Positions 28,876 to 38,884 are shown, counted from the stretch's first letter. The stretch is DNA of 62,455 bases from Coriobacteriales bacterium (GCA_051876105.1 JBJEHN010000097.1:1-62455); one strand, 5' to 3'. Made by a program: numbers and translations. The notes: generated by a model not told the origin, from the letters alone.

Positions 28876-30060
28876 ATGCTCAACGAGAGAATGATCGGCC
28901 TTGGCAGCGCACCCAACGCGATCCGCAGCCTCTTCGCCTACGGCCTCCAGCGCAAGGCCGAGATCGGCGAGGACAAGGTCTTCGACTACTCCATCGGCAA
29001 CCCCAGCGTCCCCGCCCCGCCCCAGGTGGCGGAGTGCATCAAGCGCATGATGGAGGAGGACCCCGTCGCGCTGCACAGCTACACGCCCAGCCCCGGTACC
29101 TTCGAGGCCCGCAAGGCGGTGGCAGACCACATCAGGCGCCGCTTTGGGGTCGAGGCCGACCCGGCACAGGTGTACCTGACCCACGGTGCTGCCGCGGCGC
29201 TCGCCATCTGCCTCTCCGCCGTCGCCTGCCCCGGCGACGAGGTCATCGTACCCACGCCCTACTTCACTGAGTACAAGACCTGGATCGAGCAGGCTGGCGC
29301 TACAATCGTCGAGGTGCCCTGCCAGGTGCCCAGCTTCCAGCTCGACACCGAGGCCATCGAGGCCGCCATCACGCCCAAGACCGCAGCCATCATCGTCGAC
29401 AGCCCCAACAACCCCGTGGGCGCCGTCTACAGCCGCGAGAACCTCGAGGCCCTGGCCGCTGTGCTCTCCAAGAAGGAGGCCGAGTACGGCACCAAGATCT
29501 ACCTCATCGCCGACGAGCCCTACCGCGCCATCACCTACGGCGCTGAGGTCCCCTACATCCCCTGCATCTACCCCCGCACGCTGGTGTGCTACAGCTTCTC
29601 CAAGACCCTGAGCCTGCCGGGCGAGCGCTTGGGCTACATCTACGTCTCGAACCTCATGGACAACGTGCAGGAGACCACCTACGCCATCCAGGGCTCCGGC
29701 CGCTCGCTGGGCTACATCTGCTGCAGCGCCCTGTTCCAGCGCGTGCTCATCGAGTGCATCGACCTGCCCAGCGACGTCGAGGCCTACCGCACTAACCGGC
29801 AGGTGCTCACGGAAGGCCTCTCCAAGATCGGCTACGAGTACGTCGAGCCTCAGGGCGCCTTCTACCTCTGGGTCAAGGCCCTCGAGGACGACGACCTCGC
29901 TTTTGCGGAGCGCGCCAAGCAGCACGAGCTGCTCGTCTGCCCCAGCAGCGGTTTTGGCGGCAAGGGCTATGTGCGCATGAGCTACTGCATCGCGCGCGAG
30001 ACCATCGAAAACTCCATGCCCGCCCTGCAGGCGCTGTGGGACAGCTACCACCAAGCCTAG
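28876..30060 (+). CDS. PLP-dependent class I aminotransferase (aspartate aminotransferase-like)
   Basis: SIGNP, SPNNPVG, IADEPY, SFSKTLSLPGERLGY, PQGAFY. Confidence 0.9.
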   Translation: MLNERMIGLGSAPNAIRSLFAYGLQRKAEIGEDKVFDYSIGNPSVPAPPQVAECIKRMMEEDPVALHSYTPSPGTFEARKAVADHIRRRFGVEADPAQVYLTHGAAAALAICLSAVACPGDEVIVPTPYFTEYKTWIEQAGATIVEVPCQVPSFQLDTEAIEAAITPKTAAIIVDSPNNPVGAVYSRENLEALAAVLSKKEAEYGTKIYLIADEPYRAITYGAEVPYIPCIYPRTLVCYSFSKTLSLPGERLGYIYVSNLMDNVQETTYAIQGSGRSLGYICCSALFQRVLIECIDLPSDVEAYRTNRQVLTEGLSKIGYEYVEPQGAFYLWVKALEDDDLAFAERAKQHELLVCPSSGFGGKGYVRMSYCIARETIENSMPALQALWDSYHQA

Positions 30061-30183
30061 GGTGCACGGGGTTTTCAACGGGCGCTTGACAACTTGGTGA
30101 CCTCCTCCGCGTCTTGCTGCGCGGCACCGCCTTGCAGCTTCATCATGGGGAGGAGAGAGCCTACGGACAGAAGCGATGTTGAG

Positions 30184-30219
30184 AGAGGCTGCCGGCGTGC
30201 CGGCGGCCTCTTTGTGTAT
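30184..30219 (+). promoter_or_regulatory. Terminator-like hairpin in the ABC exporter leader (possible attenuator)
   Basis: 12-bp stem AGAGGCTGCCGG/CCGGCGGCCTCT with a TTGTGTAT tail ending about 12 nt before the start codon. Confidence 0.4.
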
Positions 30220-30231
30220 AGGGGGCGGCCC

Positions 30232-32013
30232 ATGCGCGTGATGAGGTACCTGATGGGGCACAAGGCGGCCATGGCGGCGGTGTTCGCACTACTGCTGCTC
30301 ATGGCGCTGTGCGAGCTCTCGCTGCCCAGGTACACCGCTGCCATCGTCGACAACGTGGTCGCCATGGCGGCGGTGGGCATGGGCGGGGACACCGCCGCCG
30401 AGCTCATGCGCCTGGGCACCCTCATGCTGCTCTTCGCCTTGGGGATGGTCGCCTGCAACGCGGGCATCGGCCTCATCGCGAGCGTCACGGGCGCTCGCAT
30501 CGCGCGCGACCTGCGCGCCCAGGTCTACGAGAGGGTTATGGCGTTCTCGCCGGCGGAGGTCGAGCGCTTCTCCGCGGCCTCGCTCATCACGCGCGGCACC
30601 AACGACGTGCAGCAGATGCAGATGGTGGCCGTCATGATGCTGAGGGTGGTGCTCTACGCCCCCATCCTGGCGGTGGGCGGCATCTTCATGGTGGTGCAGA
30701 CCAACGCCTCCATGGGCTGGGTCATCGCCTTGGCCGTGGTGGCTGTCTTCGCGGTGGTCGGGGCTCTGATGGCGCTCACCATGCCCAAGTTCAAGGTCAT
30801 GCAGTCGCTCGTGGACAAGCTCAACCTCGTATCGCGCGAGATACTCACTGGTATATCCGTGATCAGGGCCTTTGGGCGCCAGGAGCTCGAGCAGGAGCGC
30901 TTTGCCGCGGCCAACCGCGAGCTGATGGAGACCCAGCTCTTCACAACGCGCGCCATGGTGACCATGATGCCCGCGCTCTCGCTGGTGATGAACCTGGTGT
31001 CAGTCGGCATCGTGTGGGTGGGTGGCCACCGCATCGCCCAAGGCGCCATGCAGACCGGCGACCTCATCGCCTTCATCACCTACGCCATGATCATCATCAT
31101 GAGCTTCCTCATGATCGGCATGGTCTCCGTCATGCTCCCGCGTGCAGAGGTCGCGGCCGAGCGCATCGAGGAGGTGCTCGGCACGGAGCTCTCCGTGACC
31201 GACCCGGCCTCCCCGCGTGACGCGGAGCTGCTGGCGCTGGCCGCCCGCGGCGAGGGTCTTGAGCTGGCCTTCCACGACGTGAGCTTCTCGTACGACCCGG
31301 CCAGCGACCCGGTGCTCGAGCACGTGAGCTTTACAGCGGAGCCTGGCAAGACGACCGCCGTGATCGGCAGCACCGGCAGCGGCAAGTCGACGGTTATCAA
31401 GCTGCTCGAGCGCTTCTACGACGTCCAAGGCGGCGCGGTCACGGTGGGCGGCATCGACGTGCGCGAGCTGAGCCAAGCCTGCCTGCGCAGCGTGCTGGGC
31501 TACAGCCCCCAGCAGGCCTTCCTGTTTTCCGGCACGGTGGCCGGCAACGTGGGCTACGCGGACCCGCATATGCCCCGCGAGCGCATGGAGCTGGCTGTCG
31601 ACGTGGCGCAGGCGCGCGGGTTCGTCGAGCAGGCGGCCGAGGGCCTCGAGGCGTCGGTTGCCCAGGGCGGCGCCAACGTCTCCGGCGGGCAGAGGCAGCG
31701 CCTCTCCATCGCCCGCTCCCTGGCTGCAGACGCCCAGGCGTACCTCTTCGACGACAGCTTCTCCGCCCTCGACTACAAGACCGATGCCCTGCTGCGCGAG
31801 GGCCTGGAGCGGCAGATGCAGGGCAAGACGCTGCTCATCGTGGCCCAGCGCATCGCCACCATCATGCACGCGGATCGCATCGTCGTGCTCGAAGACGGCC
31901 GCGTTGCCGGCGTGGGCACCCATGCGCAGCTGATGGAGAGCTGCCCCGAGTACGCCCAGATCGCCCTGAGCCAGCTGAGCCCAGCGGAGCTGGAGAGGGG
32001 AGGTGCCCGATGA
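30232..32013 (+). CDS. Heterodimeric ABC exporter subunit A (fused TMD-NBD, degenerate site)
   Basis: Hydrophobic TMD, GSTGSGKST, VSGGQRQR, degenerate Walker B YLFDD and switch IVAQR, as in TM287/EfrA. Confidence 0.9.
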   Translation: MRVMRYLMGHKAAMAAVFALLLLMALCELSLPRYTAAIVDNVVAMAAVGMGGDTAAELMRLGTLMLLFALGMVACNAGIGLIASVTGARIARDLRAQVYERVMAFSPAEVERFSAASLITRGTNDVQQMQMVAVMMLRVVLYAPILAVGGIFMVVQTNASMGWVIALAVVAVFAVVGALMALTMPKFKVMQSLVDKLNLVSREILTGISVIRAFGRQELEQERFAAANRELMETQLFTTRAMVTMMPALSLVMNLVSVGIVWVGGHRIAQGAMQTGDLIAFITYAMIIIMSFLMIGMVSVMLPRAEVAAERIEEVLGTELSVTDPASPRDAELLALAARGEGLELAFHDVSFSYDPASDPVLEHVSFTAEPGKTTAVIGSTGSGKSTVIKLLERFYDVQGGAVTVGGIDVRELSQACLRSVLGYSPQQAFLFSGTVAGNVGYADPHMPRERMELAVDVAQARGFVEQAAEGLEASVAQGGANVSGGQRQRLSIARSLAADAQAYLFDDSFSALDYKTDALLREGLERQMQGKTLLIVAQRIATIMHADRIVVLEDGRVAGVGTHAQLMESCPEYAQIALSQLSPAELERGGAR

Positions 32014-33854
32014 GCGAGCGCAAGACGGCCCCGCGCCCACCCCACGGCCCCGGCCCTCGCTTCTCAAAGGAGCGTGCCAAGGACTTCAAGGGAACGATGA
32101 GGCAGCTGCTCTCGCTGCTCTCCGCCCACAGGCTCGCGCTCGCGGCGGTCCTCGTCTTTGCGATAGGGGGCACCGCCTTCAACATCGTGGGGCCCAAGGT
32201 CCTCTCCCTGGCGACGACCGAGGTCTTCGAAGGCGCGGTGGCGTCTGTGCAGGGCACGGGCGGCATCGACTTCGACGCCGTGGCGCGCATCTTGCTCGCC
32301 ACGCTGCTCGTCTACCTGCTGAGCAGCGCCTGCAGTTTTGTGCAGAGCTGGCTGATGACGGGCGTGGTGCAGAGGCTGTGCTTCTCGCTGCGCAGGGAGA
32401 TCAACCTCAAGATCGACCGCATGCCCTTCGGGTACTTCGAGCGCAACGCCACGGGAGACACGCTCTCGCGCATCACCAACGACGTGGACACCGTGGGCCA
32501 GACCCTCTCGCAGAGCGTGGTGCAGCTCGTCACCGGCGTGACGACCGTCGTGGGCGTCCTCGCCATGATGCTGTTCATCAGCCCTCTCATGACGCTGGTC
32601 GCCCTGCTCATCATCCCGGTCTCCCTGGCGCTGGTGATGCTCATCGTCAAGCGCTCGCAGCGCTACTTCTTCGCCCAGCAGGAGGTCCTCGGCCAGGTCA
32701 ACGGCATCATCGAGGAGACCTTCTCCGGTCAGGGCGTGATCAAGGCCTTCAACGGCGAGCAGCGCGCGCTCGAGGAGTTCAACGAGGCCAACGGCAGGCT
32801 CTACGAGGCGGGCTGGAAGAGCCAGTTCGTCAGCGGCTTGATGAAGCCCGTCATGGACTTCGTGGGCAACCTGGGCTATGTGGCAGTCGCGCTCATGGGC
32901 GGCTGGCTCGCGGTCCAGGGCGCTATCACCGTAGGCGACATCCAGGCGTTCATCCAGTACGTGAAGAACTTCACCCAGCCCCTGAGCCAGATGAGCCAGG
33001 TGAGCACTCAGCTGCAGCAGATGGCCGCCGCCGCAGAGCGCATCTTCGAGTTCCTGGGCGAAGAGGAGGAGGCCGAGGCCCCGCAGGTGGCCGCAGCCGA
33101 TGCCTGCCCAGACGGGTTGCGCGGGGCTGTCTCGTTCGAGGACGTGGTGTTCGGCTACGTGCCCGGCAAGCCCGTCATCCACGGCTTCAGCGCACAGGTG
33201 CAGCCCGGCCAGACCGTGGCGCTGGTGGGCCCCACCGGCGCAGGCAAGACCACCATGGTCAAGCTGCTGATGCGCTTCTACGACGTGAGCGGGGGCTGCA
33301 TCCGCATCGACGGGCGCGACCTGCGCGGCATCCCGCGCGAGCAGGCGCGCGGGATGTTCGGCATGGTCTTGCAGGACGCCTGGCTCTTCGGCGGCACGAT
33401 ACGCGAGAACATCCGCTACGGCCGCTTGGACGCGACCGACGAGGAGGTCGAGGCAGCGGCGCGCGCTGGCTGCGCGGACCACTTCATCCGCACGTTGCCG
33501 GGCGGCTACGACTACGTGGTCAACGAGGACTCCAGCAACCTGAGCCAGGGCCAGCGCCAGCTGCTCACCATCGCGCGCGCCATCTTGGCAGACCGCCCCA
33601 TGCTCATCCTCGACGAGGCGACCTCGAGCGTGGACACCCGGACCGAGGAGCGCATCCAGGAGGCCATGGACAACCTGATGGAGGGGCGCACGAGCTTCGT
33701 CATCGCCCACAGGCTGAGCACCATCAGGGATGCGGACCTCATCTTGGTGATCCGCGACGGCGACGTGGCTGAGCAGGGCACCCACGAGGAGCTCCTGGAG
33801 CGCGGCGGCTTCTACGCGGAGCTCTACAACTCGCAGTTCGAGGGCTGCGAGTAG
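32010..33854 (+). CDS. Heterodimeric ABC exporter subunit B (fused TMD-NBD)
   Basis: GPTGAGKTT, LSQGQRQ, LILDEATSSVD, IAHRL, as in TM288/EfrB; ATGA overlap with subunit A. Confidence 0.92.
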   Translation: MSERKTAPRPPHGPGPRFSKERAKDFKGTMRQLLSLLSAHRLALAAVLVFAIGGTAFNIVGPKVLSLATTEVFEGAVASVQGTGGIDFDAVARILLATLLVYLLSSACSFVQSWLMTGVVQRLCFSLRREINLKIDRMPFGYFERNATGDTLSRITNDVDTVGQTLSQSVVQLVTGVTTVVGVLAMMLFISPLMTLVALLIIPVSLALVMLIVKRSQRYFFAQQEVLGQVNGIIEETFSGQGVIKAFNGEQRALEEFNEANGRLYEAGWKSQFVSGLMKPVMDFVGNLGYVAVALMGGWLAVQGAITVGDIQAFIQYVKNFTQPLSQMSQVSTQLQQMAAAAERIFEFLGEEEEAEAPQVAAADACPDGLRGAVSFEDVVFGYVPGKPVIHGFSAQVQPGQTVALVGPTGAGKTTMVKLLMRFYDVSGGCIRIDGRDLRGIPREQARGMFGMVLQDAWLFGGTIRENIRYGRLDATDEEVEAAARAGCADHFIRTLPGGYDYVVNEDSSNLSQGQRQLLTIARAILADRPMLILDEATSSVDTRTEERIQEAMDNLMEGRTSFVIAHRLSTIRDADLILVIRDGDVAEQGTHEELLERGGFYAELYNSQFEGCE

Positions 33855-33980
33855 GTGCAGGCAACCCCTTCAGGAAAGAACAAGGAATACGAACCGGGAC
33901 GAAGCGAAAACAGTGTTACCCTCGAACGACTTGTTTGTTTGAGACGATTAAGCGCGGCCTGCGGGCCGGGAGGGGGCCTG

Positions 33981-34886
33981 ATGCTGCTCGAGAGGGGACT
34001 GGGGGCGTGCAAGCGCGCGGCGGCGCTGCTTTGCGCCGCCGTGCTGGCCTGCGGGCTGTGCCTGGGCCCCTGTGCCGCGGCCCAAGCCTCGCAGCTCGAC
34101 CGCTACGCCAAGCTCGAGGCCCGCTACATCAGCTGCCCGGAGGGCGGGATCGCCTTCTTTGGCTCCTCGTACCTCTCCAGGTGGGACAGCGCCGCGCGGG
34201 ACTTCGAACGGGCCTTCGGCTACCCGGCCAACATGGTCTACAACTACGCCATCGGCGGCAGTGGCATCAGCGTGTGGACGAGCGCCGAGTACCTCGACCT
34301 CGTCGCCTCGAAGAGGCCCAGCGTGGTGGTGATCCACGGCGTCAACGACCTGCGCTACTACCCCGACCGCCCCGACTCGCTCACAGACGAGCAGGCGGTG
34401 GAGAAGAGCCTCGCGGCGCTCAAGCTCTACGTGGCCGGCCTGCAGGAGCGCCTGCCCGGCGTCAAGATCGTGCTCGTCTCCGCCTTCAAGACCCCGGCCG
34501 AGTACCTGCACGAGCCCGTGTACGGCAGCAGCTGCAGGAGCTGGCAGCGCATCGACCTCTACAACGCCAAGCTGCGCGCCTTCGCTGCAGGCAGCAGGCA
34601 GCTGGCCTTCGTCGACATCGAGCCCTACCTGCTCGGCGAGGACCGGGACCTCTGGGGCAACCGGCGCGTGCGCTTCTACACCAACGCCGCAAGGCTCTGC
34701 GACAAGCGCAGCCTGGCCAGTGCCCGCACCCTGCAGTACTGCAAGCGCCGCGGCACGCTGGCCTGCCCGTACTTCCGCTCGGACCTGCACCACGCCAGCA
34801 AGCTCGCCTACAGCTCCATCTGGCTGCCGCTTGTGGGCGCGGTTGCCGTCAGCAGCAGCGCTGCGCTGCCAAGTCAAGAAATCTGA
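33981..34886 (+). CDS. Secreted SGNH/GDSL hydrolase family protein
   Basis: Signal-peptide-like N-terminus, FFGSS (block I), AIGGS (II), GVND (III), DLHH (V). Confidence 0.7.
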   Translation: MLLERGLGACKRAAALLCAAVLACGLCLGPCAAAQASQLDRYAKLEARYISCPEGGIAFFGSSYLSRWDSAARDFERAFGYPANMVYNYAIGGSGISVWTSAEYLDLVASKRPSVVVIHGVNDLRYYPDRPDSLTDEQAVEKSLAALKLYVAGLQERLPGVKIVLVSAFKTPAEYLHEPVYGSSCRSWQRIDLYNAKLRAFAAGSRQLAFVDIEPYLLGEDRDLWGNRRVRFYTNAARLCDKRSLASARTLQYCKRRGTLACPYFRSDLHHASKLAYSSIWLPLVGAVAVSSSAALPSQEI

Positions 34887-35004
34887 TAATCAACGACTCA
34901 ACATCCTTGGTAACGCATCTGTGACATAAGCTACCCTGTGCGGGACTAGTCTCTAGAATCCTCTCAAACGAGTTCACCTCACATGCGACTACAGGGAGGA
35001 TACA

Positions 35005-36915
35005 ATGCGCAAGTTCAAGACCGAGTCCAAGCGCCTGCTGGACTTGATGATCAACTCCATCTACACCAACAAGGAGATCTTCCTCCGCGAGCTGATTTCC
35101 AACGCCTCAGACGCTTTGGACAAGGTGTACCTGGAGTCCCTCAAGAACGGCGACGGCGGCGTCGTCCGCTCCGACCTCTTCATCAACGTCAGCTGTGACA
35201 AGGACGCCCGCACCATCACCATCACGGACAACGGCATCGGCATGGACCAGGAGGCCCTCGAGGCCAACCTCGGCACCATCGCCCACTCCGGCTCGCTTGA
35301 GTACAAGGAGGGCGAGGACGCCAAGGAGTCTAGCGAGATCGACATCATCGGCCAGTTCGGCGTGGGCTTCTACTCCGCCTTCATGGTGGCAGACCATGTG
35401 AAGGTCGTCACCAAGCCCTACGGCTCCGAGCAAGCCTACACCTGGGAGAGCGAGGGCCTCGAGGGCTACACCATCGGCGAGGGCGAGCGCGAGGGCCGCG
35501 GCACCACCATCACCCTCACCCTGCGCGAGGACAGCGACGACTTCAACTACAGCCAGTTCCTCAACACCTATGCCCTGCAGGACCTCGTCAAGCGCTACAG
35601 CGACTACGTGCGCTACCCCATCATGATGAAGTTCACCAAGTCCGTGCCCGTCGAGCGCCCGCAAGACGCTCCGGAGGACTGGAAGCAGGAGTACCGCGAC
35701 GAGGACGAGGTCCGCACCGTCAACTCCATGGTGCCCATCTGGACCAAGAAGAAGGCCGACGTCACGGACGAGGAGTACAACGAGTTCTACAAGAGCACCT
35801 TCCATGACGACCACGACCCGGCGGCAGTGATCTCCATCCACGCGGAGGGCACCATCAGCTACGACGCCCTGCTCTTCATCCCCGCAGTTGCCCCGCGCGA
35901 GATGCTCAGCCGCAGCTTCAAGAAGGGCCTGACCCTCTACAGCTCCAGCGTCATGATCATGGACAAGTGCGAGGAGCTGCTGCCGGATTACTTCGGCTTC
36001 GTCCGCGGCATCGTTGACTCCCCGGACCTCAGCCTCAACATCTCGCGCGAGATGCTGCAGCAGAGCAAGGAGCTGGCCACGATCCAGCGCCGCATCGAGA
36101 AGAAGGTCAAGGCCGAGCTGGTCAGCATGATGGAGAACGACCGCGAGAAGTACGAGGGCATCTACAGGTACTACGGTCCCAACTTCAAGTTCTCCATCTA
36201 CAGCACCTTCGGCGGCACCTCGTCCATCCTCTCCGACCTGCTGATGTTCCCCTCTGCCATGGAGGGCAAGATGGTCACGCTCGGCGAGTACTGCCAGACT
36301 GCCCCGGAGGAGCAGGACAAGATCTACTTCGCCACGGGCGACACGGTCGAGCGCCTGGGCAGCGCTCCCACCGTCAAGGGCGTGGTCGATAAGGGCTTCG
36401 ACGTGCTGCTGTGCACTCATGACGTCGACGAGTTCTGCCTGATGTCCATGGGCGGCTTCGACGGAAAGCCCCTGGTCAACGTGGGCACCGCCGAGCTCGA
36501 CCTCGAGACCGAGGAGGAGAAGGCCGAGCACGAGAAGGTCTCCGAGGAGAACGCGGACCTCTTCGCCGACATGGCCGCCAGCCTGGGCGACAAGGTGACC
36601 AAGGTTGTCGCCAGCACCATGCCCATGGAGTGCGCCGCCTGCCTCACCGCTGGCGGCATGGTCTCTCTGGCCATGGAGAAGTACTTCAAGTCGCTGCCGC
36701 AGCACGACGAGGAGGTTCCCAACGCCGAGCACGTGCTCGAGCTGAACATGGGCCATCCCGTGATCAAGGCCCTGCAGAAGGCCTACGAGGACGGGGACAC
36801 GGACACCGTCTCCGCCTACACCCTGATCCTGCACGATCAGGCGCTCATGGCCGAGGGCTTCCAGATCGAGGACCTCGACGCCTTCAACGAGGCCGTCTAC
36901 AAGCTCATGGTCTAG
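35005..36915 (+). CDS. htpG: Chaperone HtpG (Hsp90)
   Basis: YTNKEIFLRELISNASDA, DNGIGM, GQFGVGFYS, LNISRE.LQ. Confidence 0.97.
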   Translation: MRKFKTESKRLLDLMINSIYTNKEIFLRELISNASDALDKVYLESLKNGDGGVVRSDLFINVSCDKDARTITITDNGIGMDQEALEANLGTIAHSGSLEYKEGEDAKESSEIDIIGQFGVGFYSAFMVADHVKVVTKPYGSEQAYTWESEGLEGYTIGEGEREGRGTTITLTLREDSDDFNYSQFLNTYALQDLVKRYSDYVRYPIMMKFTKSVPVERPQDAPEDWKQEYRDEDEVRTVNSMVPIWTKKKADVTDEEYNEFYKSTFHDDHDPAAVISIHAEGTISYDALLFIPAVAPREMLSRSFKKGLTLYSSSVMIMDKCEELLPDYFGFVRGIVDSPDLSLNISREMLQQSKELATIQRRIEKKVKAELVSMMENDREKYEGIYRYYGPNFKFSIYSTFGGTSSILSDLLMFPSAMEGKMVTLGEYCQTAPEEQDKIYFATGDTVERLGSAPTVKGVVDKGFDVLLCTHDVDEFCLMSMGGFDGKPLVNVGTAELDLETEEEKAEHEKVSEENADLFADMAASLGDKVTKVVASTMPMECAACLTAGGMVSLAMEKYFKSLPQHDEEVPNAEHVLELNMGHPVIKALQKAYEDGDTDTVSAYTLILHDQALMAEGFQIEDLDAFNEAVYKLMV

Positions 36916-36942
36916 GGCACGCGCCTGCAACGGCACGGCACC

Positions 36943-36973
36943 GAGGCCCGGGTCAGCACCCGGGCCTCTTTTT
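36943..36973 (+). terminator. Intrinsic terminator
   Basis: GAGGCCCGGGT-cagc-ACCCGGGCCTC-TTTTT. Confidence 0.88.
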
Positions 36974-37014
36974 GTAAGATGGGCCTGCAACAAAACGCGT
37001 CCGAGGAGGCGAGG

Positions 37015-38226
37015 ATGGAGTACCGCGAGGCGCTCGAAGCGCTCGAGAGCGCGCTCAAGTTTGGGATCGACCCCAGCTTGGAGCCCATCAGGAGGATGTG
37101 CGAGACCCTGGGCAACCCCCAGGAGAGCTACCTCTGCGTGCAGGTTGCCGGCACCAACGGCAAGTCGAGCGTGAGCCGCATGACTGCCGCCCTGCTCGGC
37201 GCCCGCGGGCTCAAAACCGCCCTCTACACCAGCCCGGAGCTGGTGCGCTACCCGGAGCGCATGGAGATAGGCGGCCGCGTCGTGAGCGACCAGCGCTTTG
37301 CAGACGCCGTCGAGGCGGCCCTGGGCGCTGCCCGGCGCTGCGGCATCGAGGCCACGGAGTTCGAGCTCCTCACGGCCGGGGCGCTGTGGCTCTTCGCTCA
37401 GGAGGGCGTGCAGGCAGCGGTGCTCGAGTGCGGCCTGGGCGGGCGCTGGGACGCGACGAGCGTCTGCACGCCGCAGGTTGCCGTGATCACGGGCATCGCC
37501 TTGGACCACACCCACATCCTGGGGGACACGCTCGAGGCCATCGCTGCGGAAAAGGCCGCCATCATCAAACCCGGCTGCACCGCCGTGCTGGCTCCGCAGC
37601 TCGCCGCGCGGCCCGTCTTCGACCAGCGCATCCTCGAGGTGGGCGCGCAGCTGGTGGAGGCCGATCCAGCGGCAGGGGAGGGCTTGGCCGGCGCGCTGGC
37701 GCACATGCCCTCCTACCAGCAGGGCAACGCGGCCGTGGCGCTCGCCGCCGCCCACGCGCTCGCCGGCCCCCTCGCCTTGGAGGACGCGCGCGCCGCGCTG
37801 GCGGCCCTGCAGATCCCCGGGCGCTTCGAGACCCTGCGCGACCAGCCCCTCCTCCTCATCGACGCAGCCCACAACCCCCAGAGCGCCCAGGTTCTGGCGC
37901 ATGAGCTCGAGCGCCGCTTCCCCCACCCGGCCGAGCGCCCTGCCCTGCTCGTCGGCGTGCTGGCAGACAAGGACGTGGGCGGCGTGGTCGGGGCCCTTGC
38001 GCCCCTGTTCCAGCGCATCGTCTGCACTGCCTCCAAGAGCCCCCGCGCCGTCCCCGCAGCCGAGCTGGCCGCCCTCGTGAGGCGCGCCAACCCCGCCGCC
38101 AGCGTCCAGGAGGCCCCCGGCATCCCCGAGGCCCTGCAGCTGCTCGGCGGCTGCGACGTGGTCGCCTCCGGCTCCATCACCGTTGCCGGCGAGGTCAAAG
38201 GCTGCTGGCTCGACGCCTGCCGCTAG
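37015..38226 (+). CDS. folC: Folylpolyglutamate synthase / dihydrofolate synthase
   Basis: VAGTNGKSS, YTSP, TEFE, ECGLGGRWDAT, LDH...LG, PGRFE, DAAHNP; GAGGAGG RBS. Confidence 0.92.
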   Translation: MEYREALEALESALKFGIDPSLEPIRRMCETLGNPQESYLCVQVAGTNGKSSVSRMTAALLGARGLKTALYTSPELVRYPERMEIGGRVVSDQRFADAVEAALGAARRCGIEATEFELLTAGALWLFAQEGVQAAVLECGLGGRWDATSVCTPQVAVITGIALDHTHILGDTLEAIAAEKAAIIKPGCTAVLAPQLAARPVFDQRILEVGAQLVEADPAAGEGLAGALAHMPSYQQGNAAVALAAAHALAGPLALEDARAALAALQIPGRFETLRDQPLLLIDAAHNPQSAQVLAHELERRFPHPAERPALLVGVLADKDVGGVVGALAPLFQRIVCTASKSPRAVPAAELAALVRRANPAASVQEAPGIPEALQLLGGCDVVASGSITVAGEVKGCWLDACR

Positions 38227-38280
38227 CCCGAGTGATACCATCCTCACCGTTGCCCGTCTCATCCCAAGGAGGCTCCCAGC

Positions 38281-38718
38281 ATGAGCGACATCCTGGACAA
38301 GATCCTCATCGGCCCCGTAAAGGTCCTGCTCGCCGTCACCGCGGCCATCATCGTTGCTCTCTACCTGCTCAGCATCGTCTGGGTCGTGAGGGACGCGCGC
38401 CAGCGCGGCGCCAACCCCGTGCTCTGGGGCATCGTCGCCCTCATCCCCGTTGCGGGCCTCGTGGCCTACTGCCTCCTGCGTCCCTCGCTCACCAACGCCG
38501 ACTTCCACGCCCAAGACATGGAGCTTGAGTTCCTGCGCCGCCAGCTCGACCAGGTCCACCCCTGCCCCCACTGCGGCTACCCCATCGAGCGCGACTTCGT
38601 CGCCTGCCCCCACTGCCACAAGCAGCTGCGCAACGTCTGCACCCGCTGCGGCCGCGTCCTCGAGCCGGAATGGACTATATGCCCCTACTGCACCACCCCC
38701 GTCGGGAGGGGGCGCTAA
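38281..38718 (+). CDS. Membrane protein with double zinc-ribbon domain
   Basis: N-terminal TM segments (WVVRDA..RG..P.LW), then CPHC, CPHC, CTRC and CPYC; AAGGAGG RBS. Confidence 0.85.
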   Translation: MSDILDKILIGPVKVLLAVTAAIIVALYLLSIVWVVRDARQRGANPVLWGIVALIPVAGLVAYCLLRPSLTNADFHAQDMELEFLRRQLDQVHPCPHCGYPIERDFVACPHCHKQLRNVCTRCGRVLEPEWTICPYCTTPVGRGR

Positions 38719-38812
38719 GGGCCTTATTCGCGGCTCCCGCCTTCGCTCACGTAGCTCCAAGTACGCTCCCTTCGTCGGTCACCACGACTAAGGCCCTTAT
38801 CGCCCCTTCCCG
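38703..38812. repeat. 110-bp imperfect palindrome (REP/MITE-like)
   Basis: 31-bp arms (38703-38733 and 38782-38812) complementary at 27 of 31 positions, enclosing an inner hairpin. Confidence 0.7.
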
Positions 38813-38832
38813 GGGCAACGGGCTCCTGCCTT

Positions 38833-38868
38833 CGGCGGCGCTGCGCTTGCGGTGCCGCTGTTTTTTTT
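38833..38868 (+). terminator. Intrinsic terminator of the folC-zinc ribbon unit
   Basis: CGGCGGCGCTGC-gctt-GCGGTGCCGCTG-T8. Confidence 0.85.
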
Positions 38869-38884
38869 GTTCGCGGGGCGGGGT

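Noticed and set aside
33878..33940. LexA/SOS boxes (several CGAAC)
   Set aside because: No GAAC-N4-GTTC with correct spacing, and the downstream gene is a secreted hydrolase
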